Assembly (NCBI RefSeq): GCF_006345805.1 | Contig: NC_043017.1 | Location: 30,132,001-30,196,000 of the forward strand | From: Octopus sinensis | Lineage: Eukaryota | Direction of reading: 5' to 3' | Length of the DNA: 64,000 bases | Shown here: positions 40,870 to 57,694 of the stretch, piece after piece | Numbering within the stretch: position 1 is the stretch's first letter | Layout of the letters: each line of letters begins with the position of its first letter | Position numbers and translations under genes: made by a program | Notes under the pieces: model-generated | Told to the model about the DNA's origin: nothing | The model's database searches: none | Seen by the model: only the letters and a program-made list of their open reading frames with translations

Positions 40870-41082
40870 GATAGATAGATACATACATTGACAGATATAT
40901 ATATATATATAGATAGATAGATACATGGACAGATATATATAGAAAGATATATATAAAGATAGATACATTGACAGATATATATATATATATATAGATATAC
41001 ATGGACAGATATATATAGAAAGATATATATAAAGATAGATACATTGACAGATATATATATATATAGATAGATGCATTGACAG

Positions 41083-41155
<73 letters not shown>

Positions 41156-41430
41156 TAGATAGATAGATAGATATATACATTGCCAGATATATATATATAT
41201 ATATAGATAGATACATGCATAGATAGATAGATACATTGACAGATATATATAGATAGATACATTGACATATATATAGATAGATAGATAGATAGATAGATAT
41301 ATAGATAGATATATACATATATAGATACATTGACAGATATATATATAGATATATATAGATAGATAGATAGATATATAGATAAATACATACATACATATAT
41401 ATATATATACATACATACATACATACATAC
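40870..41430. repeat. (GATA)n/(TA)n compound minisatellite with repeating GATACATTGACAGATATAT unit
   Basis: The unit recurs many times, with a higher-order ~80-bp duplication near 40910-41070. Confidence 0.9.
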
Positions 41431-42325
41431 GATACCATGATCTGAGTTCATTCGCTTGGTTAATTTTTTCACAAACATTTTCAAGTATTATGGCCCTTCT
41501 TCCCATATGTCAACAATTGAAAAACCTCGCATGCCATTTTCTTCATACGTATACATAAGTACGGGATATTGAAAATTACAATATAAAAATATAAACAAAT
41601 ATCATTTGTTTTTGCTTTTGTTCACCATAGGAACCGAAGCAAGCATTGGCAGGGACTTTCCTAAAGAGCTTTTATACATTCAGCGTTTTAGCCATGCTGG
41701 AGACATGAATGATTATTGAGCACGCACGCACACACAGAAATACACACTCACGTACTCGTGTGCGCGTTCAAAATACACAAAAAAGGATAAAAAAAAGCAC
41801 AGAGAAAGACCCACAGCGTAATAATACGCTCTTCACCATAAAATGTTCGATAAATTTGAAATACTCGCAGCATCACTGCAGAGTAGCAGAGGATGTGTTG
41901 TGGCATTTATTATGAGCCATTTCATCGCAAATTGAAGTTACGATGAGCTCAACTCTGCTATATGTCATCTTCGATTAGATAACCTGTGTACAGAATACGT
42001 AATAGAGGTGTGAATATAACCTATCCTAGCTGTTGCTTGGTACCAGCTTCAAAACTCTTCATCAAATATATAATATATTTTCTATACCGCTTTATTTCTC
42101 TCTGCACCACTTACATAACAGATTTCAGCAAATCAGCAAAACTGTTTTTCTTGTTCCATTTCTCATTTTTTCCCCATTTTAAATATATTTTTATTATTTC
42201 GTTTACGTGATTGATTGCCTCAACCATCTCTCCGGAATTTCAACAAATACAGACATTAGAAAATGCTTTGCTGTTATTTATCGGTAACTGCTAAGAAAAT
42301 AGTAGTAATAATAATAATAATAAAG

Positions 42326-42370
<45 letters not shown>

Positions 42371-42940
42371 TTAAAGATGGTTATGTTTGTTTTCACAGAT
42401 ATTTTCTGTTTTGCAAGTTATTGGGACATATATGCCAAACTTCATCCAACTTGTCATATGTTATGCGGACAACGTGTCATACATAAAATGGTAAACGACA
42501 CAAAATTTAAATACTTTCACACATAGCAACACAATTTATTTAAGATGTTCTTAATAGTTTGCTGTACAATATACGTCCGAAGTATGTGAAGAAATATGAT
42601 TTTTCGTATTTCTTTCATAATATATTTTATAAACTTTCCGAGATTTTTTTTTTGTTCCGTTCTTGCAAAAGAAAAAAATGATGGTAACAACTTAGATATA
42701 GTCGGGAATTTTGATTTCTAGAACTGCTGAGAATATGTAATAGTTGCGGTAGCAGCAGTAGCAGCCGCAGGAGATGGCGTTAGGGGCAATTTTAATATGG
42801 TAAATATATAGAAATGAAGATGATGAGGGAGCATTTCCTACTGGTCAAGCAACTACTGCTGGTGCTGCTGCTGGTGCTGCTGCTGGTGCTTGCACCACAA
42901 TCACCACTTAATACTAATACTAATTATAATAATAATAATT

Positions 42941-43483
42941 AGTGTCCTGATGCAGTACCAGGCAGTGGCTCTCATGGCTTCTGATCTTAACTGATTGGAA
43001 GTGTTATCATGTACGTTGTTTTGTCTTGGTATAAAAGATGGGCTACAGCAAATATTCTGCTCAATACCACAGATTTGCTTGTCAGTTGTTTGACCTTAAG
43101 TTGAGTATATCCCTCAGTGGCTGACGATATGTGCATCTCTGATCACGAGTAGACGTAGTGCGGGAGCATCATAGCCATGTGTTGAGAGAAATTCTTTGGG
43201 ATTTGAATAATTCACATTTAGAAACATGGGTGGTTCGTTCAACAACCCTTATTTAGGGACCTATTGAGCGGGATGGGTTACTCGACCTGAAGAAAATTCT
43301 AACGGGCCCCACCTAGAAGGTCATGCCCTGTTTATCTTGATATGAGATCACCATGTCGCGCACATATGGTTGTGATGCATGTGCCTGGTGTACCCTTATC
43401 AGACGGGTAGTCATGATGGGTATATTGGACTTCGTATATTTTACTCCAGTGTCACTTTGATATAATGCACTACTCTCTCATAC
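42941..43483 (-). mobile_element. ~540-bp non-coding interspersed element inserted in an (AAT)n tract
   Basis: Complex sequence with AAT repeats on both flanks; recalled as a high-copy Octopus repeat. Orientation and the retroposon class are inferred. Confidence 0.55.
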
Positions 43484-44550
43484 AATAGTAATGATAATAA
43501 TTAGGATGATAATAAACATTTCTATCATAGACACAAGGCCTGTATTGTGAGGGAGGGGAGTAATCGATTACATCGACTACTGAAAATGAAGGTGAAGACA
43601 GTGCCAATTATCTTTGAGTCTTTGGGGGACAAAGTCAGAAGGCTTAAAAAAAATAAATAAAATCAGAACACAGAAAAACTGTTTCAAACATTTAGCTTTA
43701 ATGGCAGGACCATTTTACCCTAGTCGACAGAAAACGAAGAAGTACTATCACCCAATATATATTGAAATTTTAGTTGTAATGTCGATCCTCGTTCACTTGT
43801 ATGAAATTGTCGGCAGTGTAATATTCTTGTCTCCCCTATTATGTTCTGGTGGTATTCCGCGTCTTATTAGCTTTGACTCGTCTACTGTGCTTCACTGATA
43901 GCTCTGCACGACAATGAATTTGAAACGTCTACTCCGACGGTATCTCGAACTCGTACGTCACACGTAACTGACACTGAGTCCAAATGAGAACTAGTACAAC
44001 GACTACTACTACGTACCTCCTACAACGACCGGCTTTCTGACTTTATACTGGTTGAGTCATACCACTTTGTCACTACAAAAGTTTTGATACGTTGCTATTT
44101 GTTTTCAAACAGATTCGCGTTCACAAAGTACAATTATCAGAGTTGACCTCTTTTTTCGGTTGTTCAATTAATGCCTGATTTTATTGAAGTTAAAGACTCA
44201 TTAATTATGCTGTATAGATTTGCGTCTTGTAACAAACTCATTTGTCGTACAAAATTACTGTCTGTCTCTGCCTTCTAATTTAACAGATACACGTTAAATC
44301 TGCTTGAACGATGTGTCGATAACTTTAGCTTCACATCTACACTGTGATTTTCATTTTAGTGAGTACAGACATCGATATATATACATCATAGCTCACTTCT
44401 CAACCAAATTGTTTTGATTCAAAACCGCTTTAATAAGATACTGTTAGCAATAAAAACAATATCAAAATCATTTGGATTCTACTGACCATAAATGATTATA
44501 GACGATGCTAACTATTTATGATATAAGCATACGTCACTGATGATTCAAGG

Positions 44551-44902
44551 CAGTGGTCCTCCACCAGAGTCCATACGACCCCTAAGAGTCCATATAAAAT
44601 TATTTGCGGTCCAAAATAGTAAATATTTCAGGCGTTCATGAAAAAAAGTCTGCTATAAACAACAACGCCTCTTTTCTTAACACTGTGCACGGTTCAATTG
44701 GCATCTGGCCCTTAAATGATATTCTCTCAGAGAATGCCATTGCAAACCTACACAACAGAATGTGGGAAAACCAAAAAAGGAGTTTTGAAAGAAGTTTCTA
44801 TAAAAATTAGTTTCGTACATCGAATGGTTATGTGGGTGAGGCGCCAGAACAAAATAAAAATGAAAGGGCTTAATAGGTAAAAAAAAAGTTTGGGAACCAC
44901 CG
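44551..44902. mobile_element. hAT-type MITE with 8-bp TSD
   Basis: Termini CAGTGGTCCTCCACC...GTTTGGGAACCACCG; flanks ATTCAAGG (44543-44550) and ATTTAAGG (44903-44910). Confidence 0.8.
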
Positions 44903-45527
44903 ATTTAAGGTAAACCTAAGTAGACTGCCATAGTTCTCTTGTATGTTTTAGAACGCGAAATGATTAAAGCTACATTCAGGCATTAGGAAATGCAACAGAT
45001 GCAAGGAATAGCAAATTCTTGCCTCACTGTCAACAGCTACTACCACATGGTGCTAATCTGATACACATGTAAGGGGTCATATATGTGTAATCAAACAGCA
45101 GAACCGATAGAACCTAGGGAAAATGTCTCAGGATATTTCATTTTTCAACTTTAAGTCATGGTTTTCAAATCATGGGAGTATGACAATTTTGGTCTTGAAA
45201 ATAATTACCAATGATGATCGAAGTGAGGGATTCCATGGATTTCCTTAATGCACAAATCATAGTTTAATCCTCATTACAATTAACAAATTTTAGCCTAGGT
45301 AACGTGATCAAAAATTCTGTACGGGTCAACATTTGTGAGTGCAAATTCGTTGCTTTGAAATGTACAGGCAAACATTAACGGGACTTTTGCACTTCTACTA
45401 AAATAGATTTAATAGCTGATCAGGTTCTCCACTGCTTCTCTCATACTCATTCTCTTAGTCAATCTTTTTCGTCTTTCAGCACCTTCTCTCTCTCTCTTTC
45501 TCTCCGAATATATATATAATATATATA

Positions 45528-45560
<33 letters not shown>

Positions 45561-45884
45561 GATATATATATATATGAATTTATATCGTCCTACGGCATAT
45601 TCCAGTTTCTCTGTGGTATAATCTGTCTTGCGAGGGAGTAGAAATAACCGTCCCTGATTAATTAAGTTTTGTACATCCGCCCTCGGAATGCTGATTACAT
45701 TACTTCTTGCGCCTCTTCCCGTTCTGATTTCCAGCTCCCTGGATGCTGACTTCCCTTCTCAATTACGGTGTTATTAATTTAATATCATTGAAGTAATAGA
45801 ACATATGGGATCGATTTCCGACTCCGGCTCGAAATTCGGTGGCCTTCTGCAACAGTTAGAAACAATTGTTGCCAATATTAAAGA

Positions 45885-46245
45885 AGGCGGTAAGGTGGCA
45901 GAATCACTAGCAGACTGGACAAAATTGTTAACGGCATTTAATCTGTCTTAAGGTTCAGAGTTCAAATTAAGCCGAGGGCGACTTTATATTTCATTCTTTC
46001 GAAGCCAATAACATAACTACAGGCTGAGCACCTGAGTTCATATAATTGAATTCGCGTTCCGCTTCAAAACTGATGGCTTTGCGCCGAAATTAGAAGGAAT
46101 TTTTTAGAAAGTGTTACATATAACCGTGATATAACAGTATCGTTAGTACGTTAGGCTTAACACTTAGCGACATTCATTTGTCTCTACGTTGCGAGTTCAA
46201 ATTCCGCCGAGGTTCAATTCTCCTTGCATCCTTTTAAGCTCAATG
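45885..46245 (+). mobile_element. Degenerate SINE family B copy plus fragment
   Basis: GGCGGTAAGGTGGCAGAATC...GAGTTCAAATTAAGCCGAGG, with a second GAGTTCAAATTCCGCCGAGG at ~46194. Confidence 0.7.
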
Positions 46246-46559
46246 AAATGACTTCTCTGATCGTCTTTTAGTTATATTTGCGGTCAGCTACAGTCAAAGG
46301 TCAGAGTCTATCGATTTGGTATTCGACTAGCCGCCTCTTCTAAAACTCTTCAGGGCTGTTGCCTGTAATATTGAACTGACCCCCCTATGTGGCTGTCAGT
46401 CAATTAGGCGAGTCTTATAAATCGATGAGTCAGTAGACAGCTGAGATCGAACTGTGGGAGCGTTAGTCTCATTATTGATTCTGCGTTGGAGTATTATTAT
46501 TGTACGAACGGTTGCAATAAGATGACTAATTCTTGTATCATTTCTTATTGTTATACGGT

Positions 46560-46670
46560 TATATTTGGGGTCAATAAAGTAAGTACCAGTTGTGTACTGG
46601 AGTCGATCTAATCGATTGGACCCCTCCACAAAACTTCCGTCCCTTGTGCCTAGAGTAGAAAAGGATATAT
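46560..46670 (-). mobile_element. SINE family B 3' fragment
   Basis: GGGGTCAATAAAGTAAGTACCAGTTG...GTCGATCTAATCGA. This matches the family B body in the forward sense, so the strand call is uncertain. Confidence 0.5.
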
Positions 46671-46739
46671 TGTTACAGTTACACACATCATATATTCTCA
46701 CGATATAGCAAGTAGAAATGGTTATTAAAAGTGTATTCA

Positions 46740-47170
46740 ATGTTTAAGATGGGTCAGCCACATTATCAGTATGTCTGGTAATTTTTCCACGGAAATGTTT
46801 TTCGGAGAGCTATCAACCGATATTTGCCAGCATGGAGGACCCAAGAAGAGATAGAGGGATCATCTTAAGCTTGCCTGCAACTCTTGCAAAATTCCGCCGC
46901 CCCAGTGTGAACATTTTGCTCCGAAGCGGCTAACGAGGCACTCCTTCAGCGACGAAGGAGTTGCACACATTTATGTAACCTTACGTGAGAAACTTAAGGA
47001 GAAAATACGTCAACATCGTCTCCGACTCACCAAGAAGATACTAGGCAGCTTGTCATCTATGTACAAGGACATGCCATTCCAAGATCGGACTGTTTACACA
47101 TCTATCAACTCACAGAATGTAGGATAAGAGCCCTACAGAACAACACCGTCGTCAACATTGGACAGCTATC
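46740..47170 (+). mobile_element. 3' end of an RTE-clade LINE
   Basis: LRWVSHIISM...FGELST...GGPKKR*RDHLK...SKIGLFTHLSTH (RTE C-terminal LRWAGH and SRIGLxSH motifs). Confidence 0.8.
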
Positions 47171-47329
47171 AGCAAATAATAAGTAAGCATGAATAACTGA
47201 AATGGGTTATGGTGTTAGATACTCATGCACTAATTGCTTTAATGAGGTTTCTTGTTATGCAGATACAAATGGCAGACGTAGTACATGTGCTTGTTCCGTG
47301 TGGTGCAGCTCGTCTCTAGCAATGTTCCT

Positions 47330-47655
47330 AGCGGTGCTCGTAGTAGTAGCCTCGCTAGTATTAGAAGTAGTAGTAGCATTAGTATAATGAGGAAGGTAGT
47401 ATTAGTAGCAATATTAGAAGTGGTGTCGGGAAAGTAGTAGTAGTGGTTGTTGTTGCTGTTGTAGCAGAAGCGGTAGCAGTAATAGTGGAAATTGTAGCAG
47501 CAGCATCTTTCTGCTTAGTCCGAAGAATTAGGAAACAAAGGCATTCCAACCATGACAATCCCGTCAATTATATAAGTGATACTGTGCTATCAGGGCTTCG
47601 TGGAGCTCGTATGATGGTAGTGTATGATATATATATATATATATGTGTGTATATG

Positions 47656-47709
<54 letters not shown>

Positions 47710-48393
47710 ATATATAATACATACACACCACGGAATTTATTATACGTTAGCAGCAGCAGCAGTTGTACCATTGTTAGTGGTAGTGGTGACAGTAGGAGTT
47801 GTGGTAGAAGTGTTAGCAGTAGTGGTTGCGATGTTGTTGGTGGTGGTAGTAGTTGTAGGAACGGACATGATGGCAGCAGCTGCAGTTGGGAAGCTAAGTG
47901 TGGTGGTGGTAGTGTTGGTGGTGTTGTAGTTGGTGGTGGTGGTGGTAGTGGTCGTTATGGTGGTAGTGGTGGTGGTGTAGGTGTCAGGAGGGGTTGAGTC
48001 GGTGACGGTTGTTGAATTATTGATCTCCATTTCAATGGAGTTGATTTCAATTAACACAAATACACAGAAAGGAAAAGTAAAAGAAAATGCAAAAAAACAA
48101 AAAAAACATAAGCAATAATAAGACAAAATAAAAAGAAAATCATAACCCAGAAAATATAAATCAATGCCACTAAGTATATTTGGTGGTGGTGGTGGTCTGG
48201 TGGTGGCGTTGTTGGTGGTCGAAATGACGATGATGATGATGATTATGATGATGATGATGTTGAGCGCGGCGGCGAAGTTGGTGGTGGTGATGGTGGTGGT
48301 TATGGAAGTGGTGGTTTTGATAAGGATGATGTTGATGGTGATGGTGGTGGTGATATTGACGGTAGTAGTAGTAGTGGTGGCAGCAGCTGCGAT

Positions 48394-48426
<33 letters not shown>

Positions 48427-51010
48427 TGGTTGTGGTGGTCGTGGTGATATGGATGGTGATGACGATTATTCGGGTGACGACGATGACGAAAATTACAATA
48501 ATGATGATAACGATAATAATGATGTTATGGTGTTGACGATAATGATGAAGATGATGACAATGATGATGATTATGTTTATGATGATGATGACGACAATGAT
48601 GATGTTTATGATGATGATGATGACGACGATAATGATGATGATGGTGATGATGACGACGATGATGACGATGATGATGTTTATGATGATGATGACGACGATG
48701 ATGATGGTGATGATGTTTATGATGATGATGATGGTGTTTATGATGATGATGGTGATGATGATGACGATAATGATGATGATGGTGATGACGATGACGATGT
48801 TTATGATGATGATGACTACGATGACGATGACGATGATGACGATGATGATGACAATGATGATGACAATGATGATGACGATGATGACAATGATGATGATGAC
48901 AATGATGATGATGATGATGATGACGACGATGACGATGATGGTGTTGATGGTGGTGTTGGTGAAGATGGTGATGATAATGAGGACGACGATGACGACGACG
49001 ATGATGATGCTGATGATAAGGACGACAACCATGATGATTATGTTGATGATGATGATGATGATGATGAGGAGAAGGTGGCGGCAGTGTCTTTAAGGATCGC
49101 TACGATGGCGACGCAGTCGACTTTTGGAGATTATAACGAGGACAATTATTCCCGTGAAGAAGCTGTTAACGACGACGTGATTGTATAATGATAATAAGGC
49201 AAATAACAAGTGTTGGAAGATGTTCCGATGATGAAGACAACGATAAAGATGACAGAAGCTACGTTAATGGCGGTGATATGTAAATTAGCAATAGGTGATG
49301 ATGATGGTTTTAATAATAATTATGAGGACGACGTGGTGGTGTTGGCGACGGTGGTCATAATTGGTAATGAAGATGGTATTCTTGACGCTGATCGTTAGTA
49401 GTATGATGCTGATGATGTTCAACTGCAGGTCATCCATCATTGTAGAAGTGCAATGATCAATGTCTTTCCGGCGATGATTTTTCCCCGTATCGAAGGAGTA
49501 TGTGGGTCTTTCCACAGCGTCGTTTGTTTGCTTTTGTTTTGTTTTGTTTTGTTTTTTGTTTTTTTGTCTTTTCGAAAAAGAAAAAAAATAGTATGGTGTG
49601 AGGAAGAATTAGATAACGTTTTTTTTTTTTTTTGTAACAGAATAATCAGCCATATAGAAGATGATGGTGATGATGATAGCAATGTTGGGGCTACTGCTAC
49701 TGCTAATACTAGCAACAAAGAAAAAGGTGAAAAGAAGAAGAAGAAGAAAAGAAGAAGAAGCAGAAGAAAAAAGAAAAAAAAGAAAAAGAAGCAGAAGAAG
49801 ACGGAGCAGAAGCAGAAGAAAAAAGAAAAAGGAGAAGTAAAAAAAGAAGAAGAAGAATCAGAAGAAGAAGCAGAAAAAGAAAGAAGAAGAAGGAAGAAGA
49901 AGAAGAAGAAGAAAGAAAGAATAGAAGAAGAGAATAAGAAAAGAAAGAAAAGAAGAGAGAAGAAGAAAAAAAAAGAAAAAGAAGAGAAAAGAAAAAAAGA
50001 AAAAGAAGAAAAAAGAAAAGTGAGAGGTAAAAAAAGAAGAAGAAGAAGAAGCAGAAGAAGAAGCAGAAGAAGAAGCAGAAGAAGAAGTAGAAGAAGAAAA
50101 AAAAGAAAAAGAAGCAGAAGAAGACGGAGCAGAAGCAGAAGAAAAAAGAAAAAGAAGTAAAAAAAGAAGAAGAAGAAGAAGAAGAAGAAGAAGAAGCAGA
50201 AGAAGAAGCAGAAAGGAGGAAGAAGAAGAAGAAGAAAAAGATAAAGAAGAAAGAGAAAAACAAAAAGAAAGAGAAAAAAGAAAGAAGAAAAAGAAAAAGA
50301 AAAAGAAAGAGAAAGAAAAAAAAGAAAAAGAAGAAAAAGAAGAAAAAGAAGAAGAAGAAGAATTAGAAGAAGATGATCATGATGATGGTGATAACAATGT
50401 TAGTGTTACTGTTACTGCTGATACTAGCAAGGAGAAAATGATGAAGATGATGATGGCGATGAGGAGAATTTTGATGATGATGATCATGATATACGAGTAC
50501 GAAAATGATGATGATGAAGAGGAGTGTTGTGATGATGGTGGTGAAGGGAATGATGACGAAGAGGCTGTTGATTATGACGATGTTGATAACGAAAAGGATG
50601 ACGACGACGATGGTAATAATGATAATGCTGATGGTGGTGGTAGTGGTAGTTATGATGATGATTATGATGATGAGGATAAGGATAGTGGTGGTGGTGGTGA
50701 TGGTGGTGGTGGTGATGGTGGTGGTGGTGATATTAAAATTTATGATGACAGTGGTAATTGTGTTGACAGTGATTATTGAATAATCATGTGATGTTTCGAA
50801 GAGTGGCGATGATTGCGATGATGAAGATAGTGAAACCGGTTCCTTATTGAGAAGATTCGTGCGTTTGATAATGATTTTGATGTTGATCATTGAGGATATT
50901 ACTGTCGATAACTTTGGAAATGTTGTTGTTGCGTTTATTGATGATGAAGATGAGATGATGAAGTGAGATGCAGGAGGAGATGGACACGATGACGATGAGG
51001 GGGGAAGTTG
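47330..51010. repeat. ~3.7-kb mosaic of trinucleotide microsatellites (GTA/GCA, GGT, GAT/GAC, GAA/AAA) with short unique spacers
   Basis: Direct inspection; the M-, D-, K- and S-rich ORFs derive from the repeat units. Confidence 0.92.
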
Positions 51011-51114
51011 GAGGATTTATAATAAAACGTATGCAGTGTGACAAACAGTAGAGATGTTCCGAAATCATATCTGGTCATTGATGAAAGTCTTCAAAACATG
51101 ACAATAAGAAATAT

Positions 51115-53455
<2,341 letters not shown>

Positions 53456-54199
53456 CGTATGTACATATGACGAAATGACAAAAATTAACTAAAACAATAA
53501 TGAATTATGTTTCCAATCCACGAAATCTTTTGAAAATTTTCGCGTCTTGAAATGCAGAAACAAATGGACATTTTGTGTTTCTAGTTTTATGCTATTTTGC
53601 GTCCTTTGATTTCAAGGAAACTAGGAAACTAAAATATATATAACATGCATAATAAAATAATAGAAAATTCAGGGGAAGATAATCGACGCTAATAACAATA
53701 AAATGTGAATACGACTGCTTATAGTATTGTCATCAACTACCGTTATCAAAGTATAAATCATCATCATCATCATCATCATGACGTTAAACTCCTGTCGTCG
53801 TTATCGTCGACTTTAATTCCGTCATCGTCTTTGACGTCACCGCCGTTGTGGTGGTGGCGGTGGTGGTGTTGTATTTAACTCCAGAAATTGAATACCGAGA
53901 TAAAAAAAAAAAAAAAAGTTATCGTTAATAGGAAAATATAAAGAAAAAATAAATAAAGAATGAGAGAAAAAAAATATACGGAATACATTTTATATTCGGA
54001 AAATCTGTTGACAACACTCTTACGGAATCCGAGTCATAAAAAATTGTTTGCAAAATAAATAAAGAAACAAAACACGAGAACCGGAAGCTGTATGTTACAT
54101 CTAAAGTTACATTTTAGATACTGAGATATTTTCTCAATAAATGATGAAAATTTTGCAAGCAGATGCAAATCCTTCATAATTTTGTTTCATAGTTGTGAG

Positions 54200-54465
54200 A
54201 TGTTTGTATTTGTTGTTGTTGTTATTATTATTTTTATTATTATAAAAAAATTAATATTATTACCATTTTCATTATTATTATTATTATCATTATTATTAGT
54301 ATTATTATTGTTGTTCTTCTTCTTCGTCTTATGATTATTATTATTATTATTTTTATTATTATTTTCATTATTTATTATTAGTATTGTTATCGTTCTTGAT
54401 ACTCTTGTCGTTGCCCTTCTTCTTCGTCTTATTATTATTATTATTATTGTTATGTACCTTATTAT
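54200..54465. repeat. Degenerate (TTA)n/(CTT)n microsatellite
   Basis: Direct inspection. Confidence 0.85.
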
Positions 54466-55446
54466 TTATGGTTTGAGAAACACATCAAGAATTTCCTTTC
54501 CACCATATTCCTTTTTATTATTATTAATGCAGTTGCTCATATAAAATATATTGACATTTCTCTTTAAGGAAATCCAGCATTCTTCAACAGGCAAACACAC
54601 GAACACACCTACGCTGAGACATACGATACGAAGTGGAAATTTTCTTCACGCACTTGCACAGTCATATTACTATACGACGCACACATACACATTATCACGC
54701 TCTTATTTCTATGAATTGGGAAAAGTATACATAGCTTGAGGATCCGTGATTTAATTGCGAACGAATATTCGACTTCGAACGCGTGTTTATGATACACTAA
54801 TGCATCATAAACACACTGATGCCCCCCGTGCAAATAAATATAGGAAACATTTCAGATAGCAGAGCTTCACTTGACGAGTGATCATAAACTTGCCTAAGAG
54901 AATGTTATCTAGCTAACTACACTGCCTGATCACGCATTAGACGCGTATGCCATTTCTAAGGAAATGTTCTATCTGTATGAAACTTGTTTGAAGGCAGATA
55001 AGGTATCTTTACAATTAATAATTTATTACTTCAATAGAATAGTATAATTCATTTCAGTTGCTAACGGTTGTATATGTACTGCAGTAAGGTATTTCGATAA
55101 CATTTTTGCTAGAACGAGAAACTGCATAGAGACAGTACGTATTCAACCCACAAATAGCTTTTCCCACCCGTTTGAAAGAGGCCACGTAAAGATGAAATCC
55201 AGCAATATGAAATAAAAAGTTCAGCATCACATGGTCCACAAAGCAGGTGTTTTATAAGATTACCGAAAGTAAGGAACAATGCATATGGCACCTTCTGCGC
55301 CATACGATGCCAGTGCCGCCAAAGAGGTATTGTACACTTGAACACAGAATACTTCAAAAGCATTTCAATCTATCAATTAAGGATAACAGTAAACATAAAT
55401 TCCAACCGCCAAGTCTCTACTGCAGTAAGTTGAATAATTTTATAAT

Positions 55447-55660
55447 ATACGAGGCGTTAGTGAAAAGTTCATGGGTTTGTGTAAAAGAAAATGGAGGATA
55501 AGTTATGATTTTATCCAACATATACCTCTCTCAGATTCACACTCTTATTGCAGCGGTCATTCAATTTTCTTTTTAAACCTTATAAAAGAACTCGGATCAT
55601 TGGGCATCCAAGCAGGACTTTCGCGACAACCCTAAACCCAGTAACTTTTCGACATTCAAT
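55447..55660 (+). mobile_element. Possible non-autonomous mariner-like fragment
   Basis: Begins TACGAGGCGTTAGTGAAAAGTTC, resembling mariner TIRs. The right end is poorly defined. Confidence 0.35.
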
Positions 55661-56959
55661 CGATATTTATATATAAAAAAATCATCTGGTAAAGCAGAAA
55701 AGACAATCCTTCATGTGCAACCGAGCGAAATTAAAGCAACAAAGACAAACTGGTGAATGGCCAGAGAAGGCTGAGTGGCAGGGAAATTCAACTTTTACAA
55801 AATATCGTACAAAAAAACTAAATCTATGTCAAACGCATAACGAGCGTCTTGAGCAGTTTGTTGTAACGTTGTAAACAACGCACTTAACACGGTAAAAATC
55901 ACAAACGCAGAGGTTTCAGTTTCGTTTATACATACAGACATACATCAAATTATGTGTGTGTGCATTTGTGTGTGCATGTATTTGTGAGTGTGTGACGTTA
56001 TATCATTATATAAAAATCGTTACATATGCACACAATGTACAGGCACAAACATCCATACTAAACCTATCTAATACAGAATCTAATATATATTTATATATAT
56101 GTATGTATATGCGTCTTTTTTTGCTGTTTTAAAAAAATGTCCAGTTCCTTTGGTTTGTGTCTGTTTTCGTTTCTCATTGTGTTCGACGTCCTTTTGGTGT
56201 CCTGTACTCATATATGCGTGTATATGTACATGTAGAGATAGGTACGTACATATATGTTTATATATATGCATATGTTTTATTTTATTTATTAATATATATA
56301 TATATATATATATATATAAAGCTATGTGGTATTCAATACAAATATTCTGTCTTAATATATAAACTGATGTATATCTTCGATGATCTGCATAGGTTAACGA
56401 GTCTCAGCTCTTTCTATTTTTATTATTATTATCATTATTATTATTTTACAGTAGTAGAAGTAGTAGTAAATAAATATGAGTGTAAATATGTATTCATACG
56501 TACATAATATAGATTCATACATACATACACACACTATATATAATACCACACACTATATAATATATATATAATAATATATATATATATATATATATATTAT
56601 AACATATTATATAAATATTATATATATGGTCTTTGATTTTGGCTGTGCAATTATTGATTGGAAATTTAATTTACAATTATATAACTTAGAACATCGTGCG
56701 AATATGTTACGATGTCTGACTGTTTGATATACTCCACTGAATACCTCTTCTTCAGCATAGAGCATTGCATACTTTTTCTATTGCTGCTCTCTCTCCATCT
56801 TTCTATCTCTGGAAATATATATCCAAATAGAATCACACACACATATATATAACTACTTCAATAGACTTATACTAACAAGCACGCACACATCAATGTACAC
56901 ACACACATACACTCTCTCTGTCTTTCTCCCTCTCTCTCCTTCTGTAGGTATATATAGAT

Positions 56960-57663
56960 ATATACATACAACATACACACACATATATATATATAGATAT
57001 AATATATAATATACATCCACACACATATATATATATATATAGATATATATATATATACATACACACACATATATATATATATATAGATATATATATATAT
57101 ACATACACACATATATATATATATATAGATATAATATATATACATACACACACATATAATTATAGATATATATATATATACATACACCACACATATATAT
57201 ATATAGATATATATATATATACATACACACACATATATATATAGATATATATATAACATACACACACCATATAATATAGATATGTATATACATACACACA
57301 CATATATATATAATATATATATATATATACATACACCACACTATATATATATATATATATATATATACATACACACACACATATATATATATAGATATAT
57401 ATATACATACACACACAAATATATATATATAGATATATATAATACATCACACAATATATATATATAGATATATAATATATACTACACAGACACATATATA
57501 TAGATATATATATATAGCTACATAACCAGACACATATATATATATAGATATATATACATACACACACATATATAGATATAGATATATATACATACACACA
57601 CATATATATATATAGATATATATATACATACACACACATATATATATATAGATATATATACAT

Positions 57664-57694
<31 letters not shown>

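Noticed and set aside
43240-43330. HDV-like ribozyme fold in the (AAT)n-targeted element
   Set aside because: A P1-like helix can be drawn, but P3/L3, P1.1 and J4/2 spacing do not fit.
45150-45440. Second hAT-like MITE
   Set aside because: The termini are too degenerate and no TSD could be matched.
48164-49093. 309-aa Met-rich ORF as a real CDS
   Set aside because: It is the ATG frame of a (GAT)n array, and it changes repeat register mid-way (G/D-rich to M-rich), as expected from non-coding indels.
49445-49530. Minus-strand RCGKTHILLRY resembling a small-GTPase P-loop
   Set aside because: No acceptor site, an in-frame stop follows soon after, and the GxxxxGK prefix is missing.
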